Positions 17,067-27,456 of a stretch of DNA of 64,000 nucleotides are shown here, piece by piece. Source of the DNA: an uncultured Candidatus Saccharibacteria bacterium (GTDB lineage Bacteria > Patescibacteriota > Saccharimonadia > Saccharimonadales > JACDBH01); contig CAZXOA010000001.1 in NCBI GenBank assembly GCA_964642275.1, positions 12,729 through 76,728 of the forward strand. Direction: 5' to 3'. How positions within the stretch are numbered: the first letter of the stretch is position 1; the number at the start of each line of letters is the position of its first letter. Below the pieces are notes generated by a model, which saw nothing but the letters and a program-made list of their open reading frames with translations, did no database searches and had not been told where the DNA came from. A program made the position numbers and the translations under genes.

Positions 17067-18305
17067 TCATGGTGTGAAGCTAACTTTGCTTGTACTGTCT
17101 ATCATTGTAAACCATGTCTGCCCACGATTGAGCTCGATTGTCTTGCCTTCGCCGTCTTTGAGTTCCCACTGTGCGCTGCGGGCTGCTTTGTGCCAGGTCC
17201 CTTGCGTTACAGTGCCATCCTGGAATACAAACACTGCGCCCGAGCCCGTTGTGCCGTAGGTCGTGTGTATACGGTTGGGATGTATGCCTTTGCTGAGCAC
17301 CGGTACTACCACGACATTCGGTGCAATTTGGGCGCCGTTTTCGGCATCGACATGTGCTTGCCCGCCTTGGGCCCTGAGATAGGTATTGGTGGTAGGGTCG
17401 TAGACGAATCCGACATTGTAGAGACGGCTCGAAATATTGAGTGTTATATTCTTGGCATTCGGTGCATCTATGGGTGCCGCGTCTTTGCGCATAAATCCGG
17501 TGAATTCAGAAGAGTAGCTGCGCGCGCTTAGCAAATCAAGTACCTGCTGGCCTGTGGTGTAGTAATTGTGCGGCGCATAGCGGTTGCTGACGCGGCGCAT
17601 GATACCACGGTCGCTGTCGATATCTTTGAGGCCAAGGTTTCTTACGTCCTGTAGTGCCTCTGGTGATCCGCCAGCGTGTACAATAGCTGCGTCAAACGGC
17701 AAGAACCAGTCTATAAAATACGGGCGCAGGCTGCGCACCGGCCCGATATTGGCCGGGACATTATCCTGGTACACCGCGTTAAACCGCGTGATACCGCCCT
17801 CTGCGACGGCTTCAAATATCATATCGGCTTCTCTTAGGCCTGATTGCGGACGTGCCTCGGGGCTGTTTTCTATCTGTACGGCATACAGCGGGCGGTTGTT
17901 GATGTCGGCTGATGCAAGTTCACGCCCACTGAGGCGGCTGTAGATTGGTTCAGGCGGCAGCTCTGGTTCTGGTTCCGGCTCTTGCCGAACAATCGGCGCT
18001 GGTGAAGTATCTCGAATAATAAAGTAGTACACAGCCGCGGCTGCTCCGCCAAGGAGCAGGATCATGACGGTAATTGCAACAATCCACTGCTTTTTCGTCT
18101 TAGGTGTCGGAACCTTAAGTGCAAATTTCTTTTTTGGCTTCGGCGTCTTTACTTCAGTTTCTTCTGCAGGGGCTTCTCTTGCGCTTGGCGCGGTTTCGGC
18201 TGGTGCTGGCCATACCTCTATGTGCTGATTTTCCGGCTCGCTCAACGGCGTGCTTTCTTCAGGGTCAATCTTAGGCCGTTTTGGCCTGCGGATAAATTCA
18301 TCCAT
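17067..18305 (-). CDS. DUF3048-family secreted/membrane-anchored protein
   Basis: N-terminal Lys-rich stretch plus a TM helix, then the conserved ENSPEARPQSGLREADMIFEAVAEGGITRFNAVYQ block typical of DUF3048. Confidence 0.55.
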   Translation of the reverse strand: MDEFIRRPKRPKIDPEESTPLSEPENQHIEVWPAPAETAPSAREAPAEETEVKTPKPKKKFALKVPTPKTKKQWIVAITVMILLLGGAAAAVYYFIIRDTSPAPIVRQEPEPEPELPPEPIYSRLSGRELASADINNRPLYAVQIENSPEARPQSGLREADMIFEAVAEGGITRFNAVYQDNVPANIGPVRSLRPYFIDWFLPFDAAIVHAGGSPEALQDVRNLGLKDIDSDRGIMRRVSNRYAPHNYYTTGQQVLDLLSARSYSSEFTGFMRKDAAPIDAPNAKNITLNISSRLYNVGFVYDPTTNTYLRAQGGQAHVDAENGAQIAPNVVVVPVLSKGIHPNRIHTTYGTTGSGAVFVFQDGTVTQGTWHKAARSAQWELKDGEGKTIELNRGQTWFTMIDSTSKVSFTP

Positions 18306-18384
18306 ATTGGACCTATTTTAGCATAAGCTTCTACAGGGGTAAAATCTTGAATCTGCACCATAAGATGGTATAATAGCTGCAAGT

Positions 18385-19359
18385 ATGCACGTTACTGTGA
18401 ACCAGCACGAGACCGCTGAGCTTGGCCAGCTTCAGACGGTGAGTTTTGAGCCTAATAACCCGGCAAAGGGAGAGCTAGGCTTATATTTCGGTGGTATTAA
18501 TGCACGTATTGGCACGCTAGATACCTTTGCGGCAAGTCACGCGCTTGCGGACTGCTTGGGCATAAAGGTCTTGTTTGTTGAAAGACCCGGAGATGGATCG
18601 AGTACTTTGCCGGCAAAACCCTCGCTTAGGAAAGCCTATGAACGCCACGGTTATCCTGTTATCGCAGATGCAGTTCTAGAGGCCGTAATGCCGCAGCCAA
18701 TAGCTGAAAAAGTGTGTGTTGCAGGTGTATCGCTTGGTGCTCAGCATGCGTCAGAAACAGCTCGGGCTATTGGGCCAAGCAATCATTCGGTATTGTTATT
18801 TGATTCGGGCGGGCTACGCCAGAGAGAGTTTCCGCCGCTGGGCGTTTCTAGATATCTCACTTATCTTCCCGTCGAGGCCGTGGCGGTGGCGAGAGGCAGG
18901 GCAGCAAGTATAGAGCAGGCCTATGGCAGAGATGGAATGGGTAAGCAGTTTCAAGAATTTCTGGAGAATAACCCCGAGGTTGTAAACCGTACAACAAAAG
19001 AAGGAGACCGGCACACAAAGGTATCGCTCGCAAGAGAGCTGGGCCGAATGACTAGTGGTCAAGGTATTTTCGATGTTGCGTTGCTCTTGGAGCAGGCTTT
19101 AGAAGACCAAAGGCCTTTTGAGCTTAGGGCGAGCCGCTCTGCAGTAAGGAAGTATATTGACCCCCGTACGCCTGAGCATATGAATAGCTTGTTAGATCAG
19201 CTTGATGCTCGCTGGTTGCCAGATGAGCAAATCGCTATGGGTGTACGATACGGTTTCGATCAGTGTGGCCCTCGTTGGCATAATGCCGCTTCGTCACCTG
19301 CCGCCGTAAAGAGGTTGGTAGGTACATCCATAGACGACCTTGCTCGCCGCCTCCGATAA
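18385..19359 (+). CDS. hypothetical protein with an alpha/beta-hydrolase-like GXSXG motif
   Basis: GVSLGAQHA nucleophile-elbow-like motif. No other assignable domain. Confidence 0.35.
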   Translation: MHVTVNQHETAELGQLQTVSFEPNNPAKGELGLYFGGINARIGTLDTFAASHALADCLGIKVLFVERPGDGSSTLPAKPSLRKAYERHGYPVIADAVLEAVMPQPIAEKVCVAGVSLGAQHASETARAIGPSNHSVLLFDSGGLRQREFPPLGVSRYLTYLPVEAVAVARGRAASIEQAYGRDGMGKQFQEFLENNPEVVNRTTKEGDRHTKVSLARELGRMTSGQGIFDVALLLEQALEDQRPFELRASRSAVRKYIDPRTPEHMNSLLDQLDARWLPDEQIAMGVRYGFDQCGPRWHNAASSPAAVKRLVGTSIDDLARRLR

Positions 19360-19378
19360 CTCTGGTACAATTGAGGTG

Positions 19379-20992
19379 ATGTACTCAGAGAAACTTATGA
19401 ATCGTTTGGTGGGGTTGCTCGCGCCTGATGGGTTTATAGCCCGTGAGGAGAGCGAGGCGCGCTACCCTGCCCGGACGCTGCCGGAGGGGGCTATTGTTAC
19501 ACGTTCTGCGCCCAGCCCGACCGGTTTCGTGCATATCGGCACAATCTACATGTCGCTCATAAATAAACTTGTTGCTGCCCAATCGCAGGGCGTTAACATG
19601 CTGCGCATGGAAGATACTGACAAGAAGCGCGAGGTCAAAGGGGGCATCATGACTATCGTGACGGCTCTGGACCAGTTTTCGCTGACACCAGACGAAGGCG
19701 TGGACGCTGACGGCAAGAGTTATGGCGCCTATGGTTCGTATCTGCAAAGCGAGCGCGGCCCAATATATATGGGATTCGCGGTCGAGCTGCTCAAGTCCGG
19801 CCGAGCATATCCCTGCTTTGCCACTGCAGAAGAGCTTGATACCAACTACAAACAACAACAAGCCGAAAAAGTACGTCCCGGCTACTACGGAAGGTGGGCC
19901 ATCTGGCGGGACAAGTCAGAAGCAGACATAACTGAAGCCTTGGATAGTGGCCGGCCGTTCGTCCTGCGCTTTCGGTCCGAGGGCTCTCATGACAAACGTA
20001 TAGGTCTTGACGATGTGCTGAAGGGGCATATTGAGCTGCCGGAAAATGATCTGGACATACCGCTGATTAAATCCGATGAATGGCGCCTGCCGACTTATCA
20101 CTTGGCACATATAGTGGACGATTATCTGATGCGTACCAATATTATCCTGCGCGGCGATGAATGGCTCCCTAGTACGCCGTTGCACATCGAACTGGCTCAA
20201 GCGCTCGGTATCACACCGTTCCGCTATGCGCATTTTGCGCCCATCAGTGTCCTGGACAAGGGCAACAAGCGCAAATTGTCAAAGCGCAAGGATCCCGAGG
20301 CAGACATTCAATACTTCGTTAAAGCCGGTTATCCAGAGGAAGCAGTACTGGAGTACCTGGTGGGACTTGCTAATAGTAATTTTGAAGAATGGCGGCTGGC
20401 AAATCCGTCCGTTCCCCTCTGGGAATTTCCGTTCACGTTTGAAAAATGGTCTAAAGCCCGCGGTGCGCTGCTTGATATGGCCAAGCTCGAAGATTATGCC
20501 AAGGACTATATCGCCACGCTGCCCCTCAGTGATTTTCAGCGGCATATTCTGGCGGTGGCTTCGCCTGAGTTCGCAGGTGCCTTGCAGGCCGACCCAGATT
20601 ACACGCAGCGCGTACTGATGATTGAGCGCGAGGGTGACAAACCTCGCAAAGATCTGGCCAAGTTTGCTGACGCCTACGAACAATACGGCTACTTCTTTGA
20701 CCCGCTGTACAAGGGTGATTTTAAGAACCGCATAGCAGAGGAGCTCAAAGATTATACTGCCGAGCAAATCTCCTCTGTTCTGCAGCAATATTTAGGCGAC
20801 TATAATTATGCTGACGATTCAGAAACCTGGCTGGCCAAAACTCGTGCTGGTGCCGAAAAAACTGGCCTGCATATGCGCGACTACACACGCGTCATCCGCG
20901 TCAAACTCACCGGCAAATCCCGTACCCCCGACCTCTGGATGCTTCAGCAGACTATGGGTTCAGACCGTGTCCAGGCTCGATTAGTACAGTAA
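19379..20992 (+). CDS. gltX: glutamyl-tRNA synthetase
   Basis: Class I HIGH motif (SPTGFVHIGTIYMS) and a KMSKS-like KLSKRKD. The start is uncertain: the ORF is open from 19340 and overlaps the upstream gene. Confidence 0.85.
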   Translation: MYSEKLMNRLVGLLAPDGFIAREESEARYPARTLPEGAIVTRSAPSPTGFVHIGTIYMSLINKLVAAQSQGVNMLRMEDTDKKREVKGGIMTIVTALDQFSLTPDEGVDADGKSYGAYGSYLQSERGPIYMGFAVELLKSGRAYPCFATAEELDTNYKQQQAEKVRPGYYGRWAIWRDKSEADITEALDSGRPFVLRFRSEGSHDKRIGLDDVLKGHIELPENDLDIPLIKSDEWRLPTYHLAHIVDDYLMRTNIILRGDEWLPSTPLHIELAQALGITPFRYAHFAPISVLDKGNKRKLSKRKDPEADIQYFVKAGYPEEAVLEYLVGLANSNFEEWRLANPSVPLWEFPFTFEKWSKARGALLDMAKLEDYAKDYIATLPLSDFQRHILAVASPEFAGALQADPDYTQRVLMIEREGDKPRKDLAKFADAYEQYGYFFDPLYKGDFKNRIAEELKDYTAEQISSVLQQYLGDYNYADDSETWLAKTRAGAEKTGLHMRDYTRVIRVKLTGKSRTPDLWMLQQTMGSDRVQARLVQ

Positions 20993-21156
20993 GTTCAGCA
21001 CAGAGAGGTTCGGATCTCGTACACCGGGGATTTCAAGCGACTGCACCCCATCCTGTCGGAATTACCTGCGGGAGTATATTGTTGCGTTTATGTACATTAT
21101 TGGATTATAATAATCCGAATATTGAATGTGTTTTTCATTATAGGAGGCAGTTACTT

Positions 21157-21918
21157 ATGGGCGAAAGAACCAGAGTCTTGATCGAAGGAATTAAAGATTA
21201 CGGAGCATATACTCTACTTGGTGCGGGCGCTACCGGTCTAGTCGGGCTGGGGGCAGGATATATCGCTGATACTTTCGAAGGCAGAGGACAAGAAGGCGTC
21301 CTGGCTGCCGCGGAGGCAGAACTTGCTGGCGCAACAGCGGCCGTTTCAGATTTCGAATCCCAGCTTGTGAAACAGATTGAGGCTTTTGGCGCAGGCTGTG
21401 TTGGCGCGATTACGCTCTATGCAGACGCAGGTCCTTTTGCTGGAACCAGCGAGGCCGAAATGGTATCTGACCTGACTGGCGACCCCTGCTCTGATGATCC
21501 AGCAGAGGTTCGTACTGCCGTAGGACAGGTAATTCCATCTCAGAACGGTCTTGCAGAGGCTGCGGCTTTTGATTTTGATGGTACCCGCGCAGCTATTGCA
21601 GCCACACAAGAGCAGATAGTTGATGATCAAAATCAACCATTGGCTGCATGGGGGCTTGCTGCTGGCGCAGCTTTGGGAGCTGCGGCAGGGATCGCAATCG
21701 CCGGTGAGTTACGAGGAAGGGAAAAACGCGGAAAATCCTGGGTGCTTCATCCTGATACGTATCCTGGAAAAATAGGTCCATTATTGGACGAATCCGTGCC
21801 AGTCGTAAGACGTAACAAGTGGGGTGTAATAGTGCCGAAACCTCTTCCTAATCTCTACTATATAAGCGAAGAAAGGATGAAAAGAATACAAGACATAGAG
21901 AGTCGTTGGCAAGGGTAA
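21157..21918 (+). CDS. hypothetical Gly/Ala-rich membrane protein
   Basis: AGGAGG 9 nt upstream of the ATG at 21157. Hydrophobic Gly/Ala-rich segments. Confidence 0.4.
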   Translation: MGERTRVLIEGIKDYGAYTLLGAGATGLVGLGAGYIADTFEGRGQEGVLAAAEAELAGATAAVSDFESQLVKQIEAFGAGCVGAITLYADAGPFAGTSEAEMVSDLTGDPCSDDPAEVRTAVGQVIPSQNGLAEAAAFDFDGTRAAIAATQEQIVDDQNQPLAAWGLAAGAALGAAAGIAIAGELRGREKRGKSWVLHPDTYPGKIGPLLDESVPVVRRNKWGVIVPKPLPNLYYISEERMKRIQDIESRWQG

Positions 21919-21963
21919 TTCCACAGCGGCTACGCCATACGGCAGCCAACTCACAACTTGTGC

Positions 21964-22206
21964 TTAGACCTCAAACTTCTGAATGTGGTCGCTGAGTTTT
22001 TCGAGGAAATCTTTGGCCTGTTTGGGCGACATGGCGACGCGGCTGATAATCTGCTGCTGATTGGCGCCTGGCAGTGCCTGGGCAAAGCCAAGCGTCACAA
22101 AATTTTCGTTGGATCCTATCAGATACCCGTCCACAGCCAATACGGGTGTTTTCTCGGGGTTTATATTAAAGTTGATGACGCTATCGGGCTTATCTGATTT
22201 TGCCAT
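21964..22206 (-). CDS. small hypothetical protein (DUF3467-like)
   Basis: 80-aa ORF with clean composition. Weak resemblance to DUF3467. Confidence 0.35.
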   Translation of the reverse strand: MAKSDKPDSVINFNINPEKTPVLAVDGYLIGSNENFVTLGFAQALPGANQQQIISRVAMSPKQAKDFLEKLSDHIQKFEV

Positions 22207-22338
22207 AAAAGTTTCCTCTTTAGTACCTCTAGTGTATCAGATACCGGCAGTAGCGCTGATAATGAGCTTTGGCGGTTTCTTTGTCCGGCAAAATGACTGG
22301 TTTGTCTCTGTTAGTCATACGAAAAGAGGTGGGTTATG

Positions 22339-22367
22339 TTGACATACTTGACAGCGTGTGGTATAAT
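22339..22367 (+). promoter_or_regulatory. orphan consensus promoter TTGACA-17-TGgTATAAT (extended -10)
   Basis: Perfect -35 and -10 hexamers with a TGn motif. Downstream there is only a 29-aa Trp-rich ORF (22381-22470), then the 3' end of a convergent gene. Confidence 0.45.
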
Positions 22368-22479
22368 GTACAATAAGAAGATGTGGTCACAATGGCACCA
22401 CCTCACCCTGCTCTGTTATAGGCAAGAAATACTGACCTTGATTTGGTATATGATTCCCCCGGCAAGATGAGTTGCAGGA

Positions 22480-23028
22480 CTAGGCTGGTGATTGCATCAG
22501 CTGCAAAAGCTTGATGGTGGTGTTCCAGGTGCGAATAGTTGTGCATTTATATGCGGGCGTGCCGACGATTTTGCTCATACGGCTTTTGGTGCGCTGTGCC
22601 CCAAGGCGCTGAAAATATACGACTGTTTCGCCTTCCCAGGCGGTGTCGATGTCTGAGTTTGGAGTGGTGACCTTCATAAGCTCGCTGGCGGGTACGTCTA
22701 GCATGAACGCCACGTCCGAATAGTAGGTGTCTGGTTTTGTCCCGAAGCCTTTCGGCGCTTCTTTTATAATCTTTTCAAGCTCGTCCCTCATAATGGCCCG
22801 GACTTTAACGAGCTGGCTATCAAGCTTGAAGCCCTTGGTGATAACGTCTTCGACCGTACGCGCCACGGCATCTGCGGGCATATCCGATTCGAGAAGGATG
22901 TTGCCGCTGTTGATGTAGCTTAAGACATTCTCAAAACCAGCCTCGGTAAGACGGGATTTGAGCTCGGCCATAGACACGGTGTTCTTGCCGCCGACATTGA
23001 CTCCGCGCAGCAGACAAAGATATTTCAT
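22480..23028 (-). CDS. DUF1697 family protein
   Basis: N-terminal MKYLCLLRGVNVGGKNTVSMAEL matches the DUF1697 signature. Confidence 0.65.
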   Translation of the reverse strand: MKYLCLLRGVNVGGKNTVSMAELKSRLTEAGFENVLSYINSGNILLESDMPADAVARTVEDVITKGFKLDSQLVKVRAIMRDELEKIIKEAPKGFGTKPDTYYSDVAFMLDVPASELMKVTTPNSDIDTAWEGETVVYFQRLGAQRTKSRMSKIVGTPAYKCTTIRTWNTTIKLLQLMQSPA

Positions 23029-23108
23029 ATGTACAATTGTAGTGTATCTCTGTCGATTTTGTGCTTACTGTCAGGGGGAGTTTGTCAGGTTCTAAGGAAG
23101 GGGCTCGC

Positions 23109-24581
23109 CTAATCGTCGATGACTGTTTGCGTCAAAGCCTTTTTGTTGCCATCAGTCTTGGACTCTTCAAAAGTAAAGACATTATCATAATCGCGGTCAA
23201 AGAAAGGCCCTGAGTGCAAACGAGATGTCACGAGAGTGTTCTCGTTGCTGCCGTCAAAATCAACTATGTATGATTGGTCCATGGCGGTGAAGATGTAGCG
23301 GTGGCCGTCCATCCAGCGGATTTTGTCTGTGAGGGCAATGTCCTGCGCAAGTTCGATCCTGTATTGATTGCCGTGTTCGAGATCCAGCGTGATAATCCTA
23401 TTGCCGCTCTGCAGCCCGATGAACTGCGTGTTGGCAGAAAACGATACAAATTGCGGGCTATCCAGCCGAATGAGAGCAAAAACCTGCGGAGAGCCGGCAC
23501 CTTGATGCTTGAGTGTTGCGAGCGGGTTTTCGTATACAGATACAACGGTATCGGCAGAGCTGCCGGCGACGTAAAACCACTTGTTATCATATCTTGATAC
23601 ATCCATGACGTACCGCGGCGCGGCGGTGACTGTTTTGAGAACATACGTCTTGTCTCCTTCGAGAATACGTATGTCTGCTTTGTCGGCACTGACGTCTTGC
23701 TGGGTTGCGTACATGACAATATCGTCGCCGTATGTGGCATAGTCGATGACTGCGTCGGCCAGCGGGGCCGAAATTGTACGATTGCCCAGATTAGCGGCTC
23801 GAAGCAAACCAGGAGTTGAGTCGAGGTAATAGAATTGGTCGTGCCGCTTATTTTTGAGCGAAACAACTTGCGGCGCAATACCAAAAGCGGTGTTGAGATT
23901 CACCGTTTCGGCAGGCTGTTCCCTGTCTAGTACGAGGAATTCTGATGTTTCATCAAACGTGCGCTCGAACATAACGTGCCGGTTATTGTTTGACCACTCT
24001 ATAACCCTGAGCGAGGCGATGGCGCCCGGATTTGTCAGGGCTGCCGGAGGTACGACGATACTTGCCGGCTGCCGATCTGGACTATTCAGGTCAAATACCT
24101 GGAATTGATAGGTCTGGCCGGGAACTTGTACTAACACCCAGCGTCTGTCAGGGCTCTGGGTTGCAAGTGCCGGGAGGGCATCAAATTGAGCGACATCGGT
24201 TGTAACGAGCTGGTTTGGCAGCAGGAACGGATATACCAACCGCTGGATTTGACCGCCCTCAAGGTTGAAGGTTCGCTCCCAGGTGCGGTAGCCATCGCGC
24301 TCCAGTCGGATAGTGTAGACGCCGGACGGCAATACCATGCGGGCATCGGTCCTGCTGCGGTGTTCTTTATCATTGACAAATATCCGGGCGCCCTGCGGTT
24401 TGGAGTCGACAAATACAATGCCGTTTTGGATGAGCGTGCCGGTCTTGCGGTCAATATCGTATCCGTAGGCGAGGTATAAAATCGTCATAGTGCCGATCGC
24501 TACCAAAATACCCATAAGCACATAGCCCAGCATGAGCCGTCTTCTATGAGCCTTTTTACGTTTGGGGTCTAAAAAATCCAT
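23109..24581 (-). CDS. hypothetical membrane-anchored protein (N-terminal TM, large extracytoplasmic domain)
   Basis: 490-aa ORF with a basic N-terminus followed by a TM helix (LMLGYVLMGILVAIGTMTILYLAY). Confidence 0.4.
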   Translation of the reverse strand: MDFLDPKRKKAHRRRLMLGYVLMGILVAIGTMTILYLAYGYDIDRKTGTLIQNGIVFVDSKPQGARIFVNDKEHRSRTDARMVLPSGVYTIRLERDGYRTWERTFNLEGGQIQRLVYPFLLPNQLVTTDVAQFDALPALATQSPDRRWVLVQVPGQTYQFQVFDLNSPDRQPASIVVPPAALTNPGAIASLRVIEWSNNNRHVMFERTFDETSEFLVLDREQPAETVNLNTAFGIAPQVVSLKNKRHDQFYYLDSTPGLLRAANLGNRTISAPLADAVIDYATYGDDIVMYATQQDVSADKADIRILEGDKTYVLKTVTAAPRYVMDVSRYDNKWFYVAGSSADTVVSVYENPLATLKHQGAGSPQVFALIRLDSPQFVSFSANTQFIGLQSGNRIITLDLEHGNQYRIELAQDIALTDKIRWMDGHRYIFTAMDQSYIVDFDGSNENTLVTSRLHSGPFFDRDYDNVFTFEESKTDGNKKALTQTVIDD

Positions 24582-24795
24582 ATAATCTAAAAATGTTATT
24601 CAGTAAGGTGTGCCTCAACTGAGTGTATCACAGATTGAGTAACTGGTTTATCCGGAAATCGCCAGCGTGGGGCTTGCAACCAGTCACTCTCCGCAGTAAG
24701 ATTATTCACATAGGCATCACTGCATGTCTCATAATTTCTCGATATAAAGAGATCAGGGTAACAACAAGGCACGTCCGTATGGGCGTAGGGTATAC

Positions 24796-25854
24796 GTGGG
24801 TAATCCAAAACAGACGATAATTGAAATCAACGGCAAGAAATACGACGCTCGTACCGGTAAACTGGTGAGCGCCCAGGCCGTGCCGTCTCAAAAGATATCT
24901 CCCACTCCCAAACCAAAGCCTGCGCACAAGACTGTCGTGCAGGATATTGCACGTCCATCGTCTGCATCTCAACCCGCCAGACGGAATGTCCAACGGAGCC
25001 AGACGCTGATGCGAAGTGCGGTAAAACGGCCCGCAAAGCCGGCTGCTGTCAAGAGTACTCAGGCAAAGCGCGTATCTGACATCACGTCTGTTAAGCCGCT
25101 TCCTGCCAAGCATATGCCGCTCCAGGCCAACGCGGCCCGTGTATCCCGTGCCCAGAAGGTCGAACGGAGCAAGCTTGTGTCTAAGTTTGGTGCCCAAGGC
25201 GCATCTGTAATAGCCCATCCAATACAACCCCAGATCGTAACCAATCGAGTCGAAGCGCTCCCGGTACGGCCGGCACCTATGCTTAAGCCTCATAATCCGG
25301 TGGAGTCTATCCTGGAAAAGGGTCTTAAGAATGCTACCAGCCACACACAAACTCTTGATAAGAAAATTGCAAAAAAGACCCGCAGAAAGACAAAGCGCAA
25401 ATCACGTCTGGCTTCTTATGCAACCGGCGCGCTGGCAGCGGTTCTGCTCGGCGGCTTCATTGCCTATCAAAATATCCCGAATATCTCTATGCGTTATGCT
25501 GCTGCCCGCTCGGGCGTGCAGGCGACCTTGCCGGGATATCAGCCGGCCGGGTTTGCGCTGAGTAATCACATCCAGTACAACCCGGGCCAGATTACGGTAC
25601 GATTTGCCTCCAATACCGATACCCGCCAGTTTAGTATCACCCAGCGTGAGACGGTCTGGAATAGCGAGGCCTTGCTGAGCAACTACGTGTCCACCAAGAC
25701 GGATCAGATTCATAAATACGAAGACAAAGGCCGCACCATATTCTTGTATGGCGACAACAATGCTACTTGGGTCAACGGTGGCGTTTGGTATGACATAGAG
25801 GGTAATTCAGAACTCAACAGCGACCAGCTGATTCGCATTGCTACTTCTATGTAG
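24796..25854 (+). CDS. hypothetical protein: basic Pro/Lys-rich N-terminal region, one TM helix, C-terminal extracytoplasmic domain
   Basis: 352-aa ORF. The TM helix is at ASYATGALAAVLLGGFIAY. It may start with GTG. Confidence 0.4.
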   Translation: MGNPKQTIIEINGKKYDARTGKLVSAQAVPSQKISPTPKPKPAHKTVVQDIARPSSASQPARRNVQRSQTLMRSAVKRPAKPAAVKSTQAKRVSDITSVKPLPAKHMPLQANAARVSRAQKVERSKLVSKFGAQGASVIAHPIQPQIVTNRVEALPVRPAPMLKPHNPVESILEKGLKNATSHTQTLDKKIAKKTRRKTKRKSRLASYATGALAAVLLGGFIAYQNIPNISMRYAAARSGVQATLPGYQPAGFALSNHIQYNPGQITVRFASNTDTRQFSITQRETVWNSEALLSNYVSTKTDQIHKYEDKGRTIFLYGDNNATWVNGGVWYDIEGNSELNSDQLIRIATSM

Positions 25855-25919
25855 CTCCTTTTTCTCAGAGGAGAAATCTTTTATGTGCAGACGAAAGAGC
25901 GCAACCCCTCTGGGGGGTT

Positions 25920-27119
25920 TTAGAAAATACCGTTCCAGATACGCGACCAGAGCGATGGTGCGTTGCCCGCCAGAACGGGCGGCTGATGGTCGGTTTTTAT
26001 GGCAGTGCTGGCAATGTTGCTGCTTGGATCAGGGCTGATTTGCTCGCCCCATACAACAAGCCGATTAATAGTAGTGCCCGGCGGATCGCAGGTGATAAGC
26101 GCCATGGTGCTGGTTTTGCCCGGTACATCACCCAATACTTCAACCTGGCTCGGGCTAACGATTTCCTTTTTGAATACGCGGTACACGTAGCGCACACCGT
26201 TCTTTTCCAGATAAAACGTGTCGTCATTCTCGAGCCGGCTGAGTAGTACAAAGGCAAATTTGTACTGGCCTCGATTGAGGATATTGTTGCTGCTGTGTCC
26301 AAAGATAGCGCCGTTGCCCTGCTCGCCGGGGTTGCTGGTAGTGGCGTAATGAACCACGCCGCGCTCCAAGCCCTCTTGCACAGCGGCCTCCTCGACCGTT
26401 TCTACGTCATAGACAACCGGCAGTTCGACATTGATTTTTGGGATAATGAGCTTTGGGTCGCTGCCAACCGGCGTATTACTGCCAGCGATGAGCGGCGATG
26501 AACTGACGGTTTTGCTTGGGCTGACAAAGGGTGCAATGAACCGCTCGTTAAAAAAGCCAAACAGCAGAAGGAGCATGGTAAAGGCACCTGCTCCCACTCC
26601 GAACCCGAGCGATTTGAGATGCTGTTTGCGGCTGAGCTTGCCGCGGGTCTGTACCTTTGATGTAATTTGCTTTTTGAGCTCGGCGATAGATTGCGGGCGC
26701 TTGGCTTTGGTGCCAACTGGAGGCGGCGGTGAGAAATCGGCGGCAAAGATGCTGCTGGCTTGTGCCTGTGGGCCAGCTGGCTGAACTGCCTGCGAGGCAA
26801 AGGTCGGCTTGTGTTCCTGTGCATGGTAGAACTCATTCCAGACCTCGTGCTTTTCCTTGTCGGGCAAAGCGGTGTAGTAGTCGTGCCATTCGGTTTGGAT
26901 GTGGGCAAACGGCTTGCCGGATGCAGCCAAGTCTGCCATGAACCTCTGATGTTTACTTCGTTCTTTTGGCTCTTCCTGAACGCTCTCAATCGATACAGTA
27001 ACGGCGTCTGGCGCTTGCGCATACAATGACGTTAGTTTGCTGCGAATGAGGTTTGCGGCATCATTGTGAGGATTGTTATCGCCCGGAAGCGCAAATGTTG
27101 GCTGGCTATCGTCTTTCAT
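25920..27119 (-). CDS. sortase-family transpeptidase with a long N-terminal cytoplasmic extension
   Basis: C-terminal sortase domain with the active-site motif MALITCDPPG (TLXTC). About 190 aa precede the TM helix. Confidence 0.7.
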   Translation of the reverse strand: MKDDSQPTFALPGDNNPHNDAANLIRSKLTSLYAQAPDAVTVSIESVQEEPKERSKHQRFMADLAASGKPFAHIQTEWHDYYTALPDKEKHEVWNEFYHAQEHKPTFASQAVQPAGPQAQASSIFAADFSPPPPVGTKAKRPQSIAELKKQITSKVQTRGKLSRKQHLKSLGFGVGAGAFTMLLLLFGFFNERFIAPFVSPSKTVSSSPLIAGSNTPVGSDPKLIIPKINVELPVVYDVETVEEAAVQEGLERGVVHYATTSNPGEQGNGAIFGHSSNNILNRGQYKFAFVLLSRLENDDTFYLEKNGVRYVYRVFKKEIVSPSQVEVLGDVPGKTSTMALITCDPPGTTINRLVVWGEQISPDPSSNIASTAIKTDHQPPVLAGNAPSLWSRIWNGIF

Positions 27120-27218
27120 GGGTAAATCATAACTAGTATAACAGATATGGCTTCTCGATAGACCGTCTTTGTTGTATAATCTCCCCTGTTGGTTATCAAA
27201 TCATCACACTTTAAGGAA

Positions 27219-27305
27219 GCCGCGGTGGTGGAATTGGTAGACACGCCGGACTCAAAATCCTGTGTCCATTAGGACGTGCCGGTTCAAGTCCGGCCCGCGG
27301 TACCA
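27219..27305 (+). tRNA. tRNA-Leu (anticodon CAA), long variable arm, CCA encoded
   Basis: gccgcggtggtggaattggtagacacgccggactCAAaatcctgtgtccattaggacgtgccggttcaagtccggcccgcggtacca. It has the T-loop GGTTCAAGTCC and a class II variable arm. Confidence 0.85.
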
Positions 27306-27456
27306 TATTAATTATGAGAGGGCAGCTACGGCTGTTTTTTTATTTCACACATGGCTGTTACCGAGACAATTCACACGACACATGTATCTGAAGCGCCTGA
27401 GCTTTTACCTGCAGATAGTACTTTACTTGGGGCGCTCGCAGACATGCAGCGTATAG

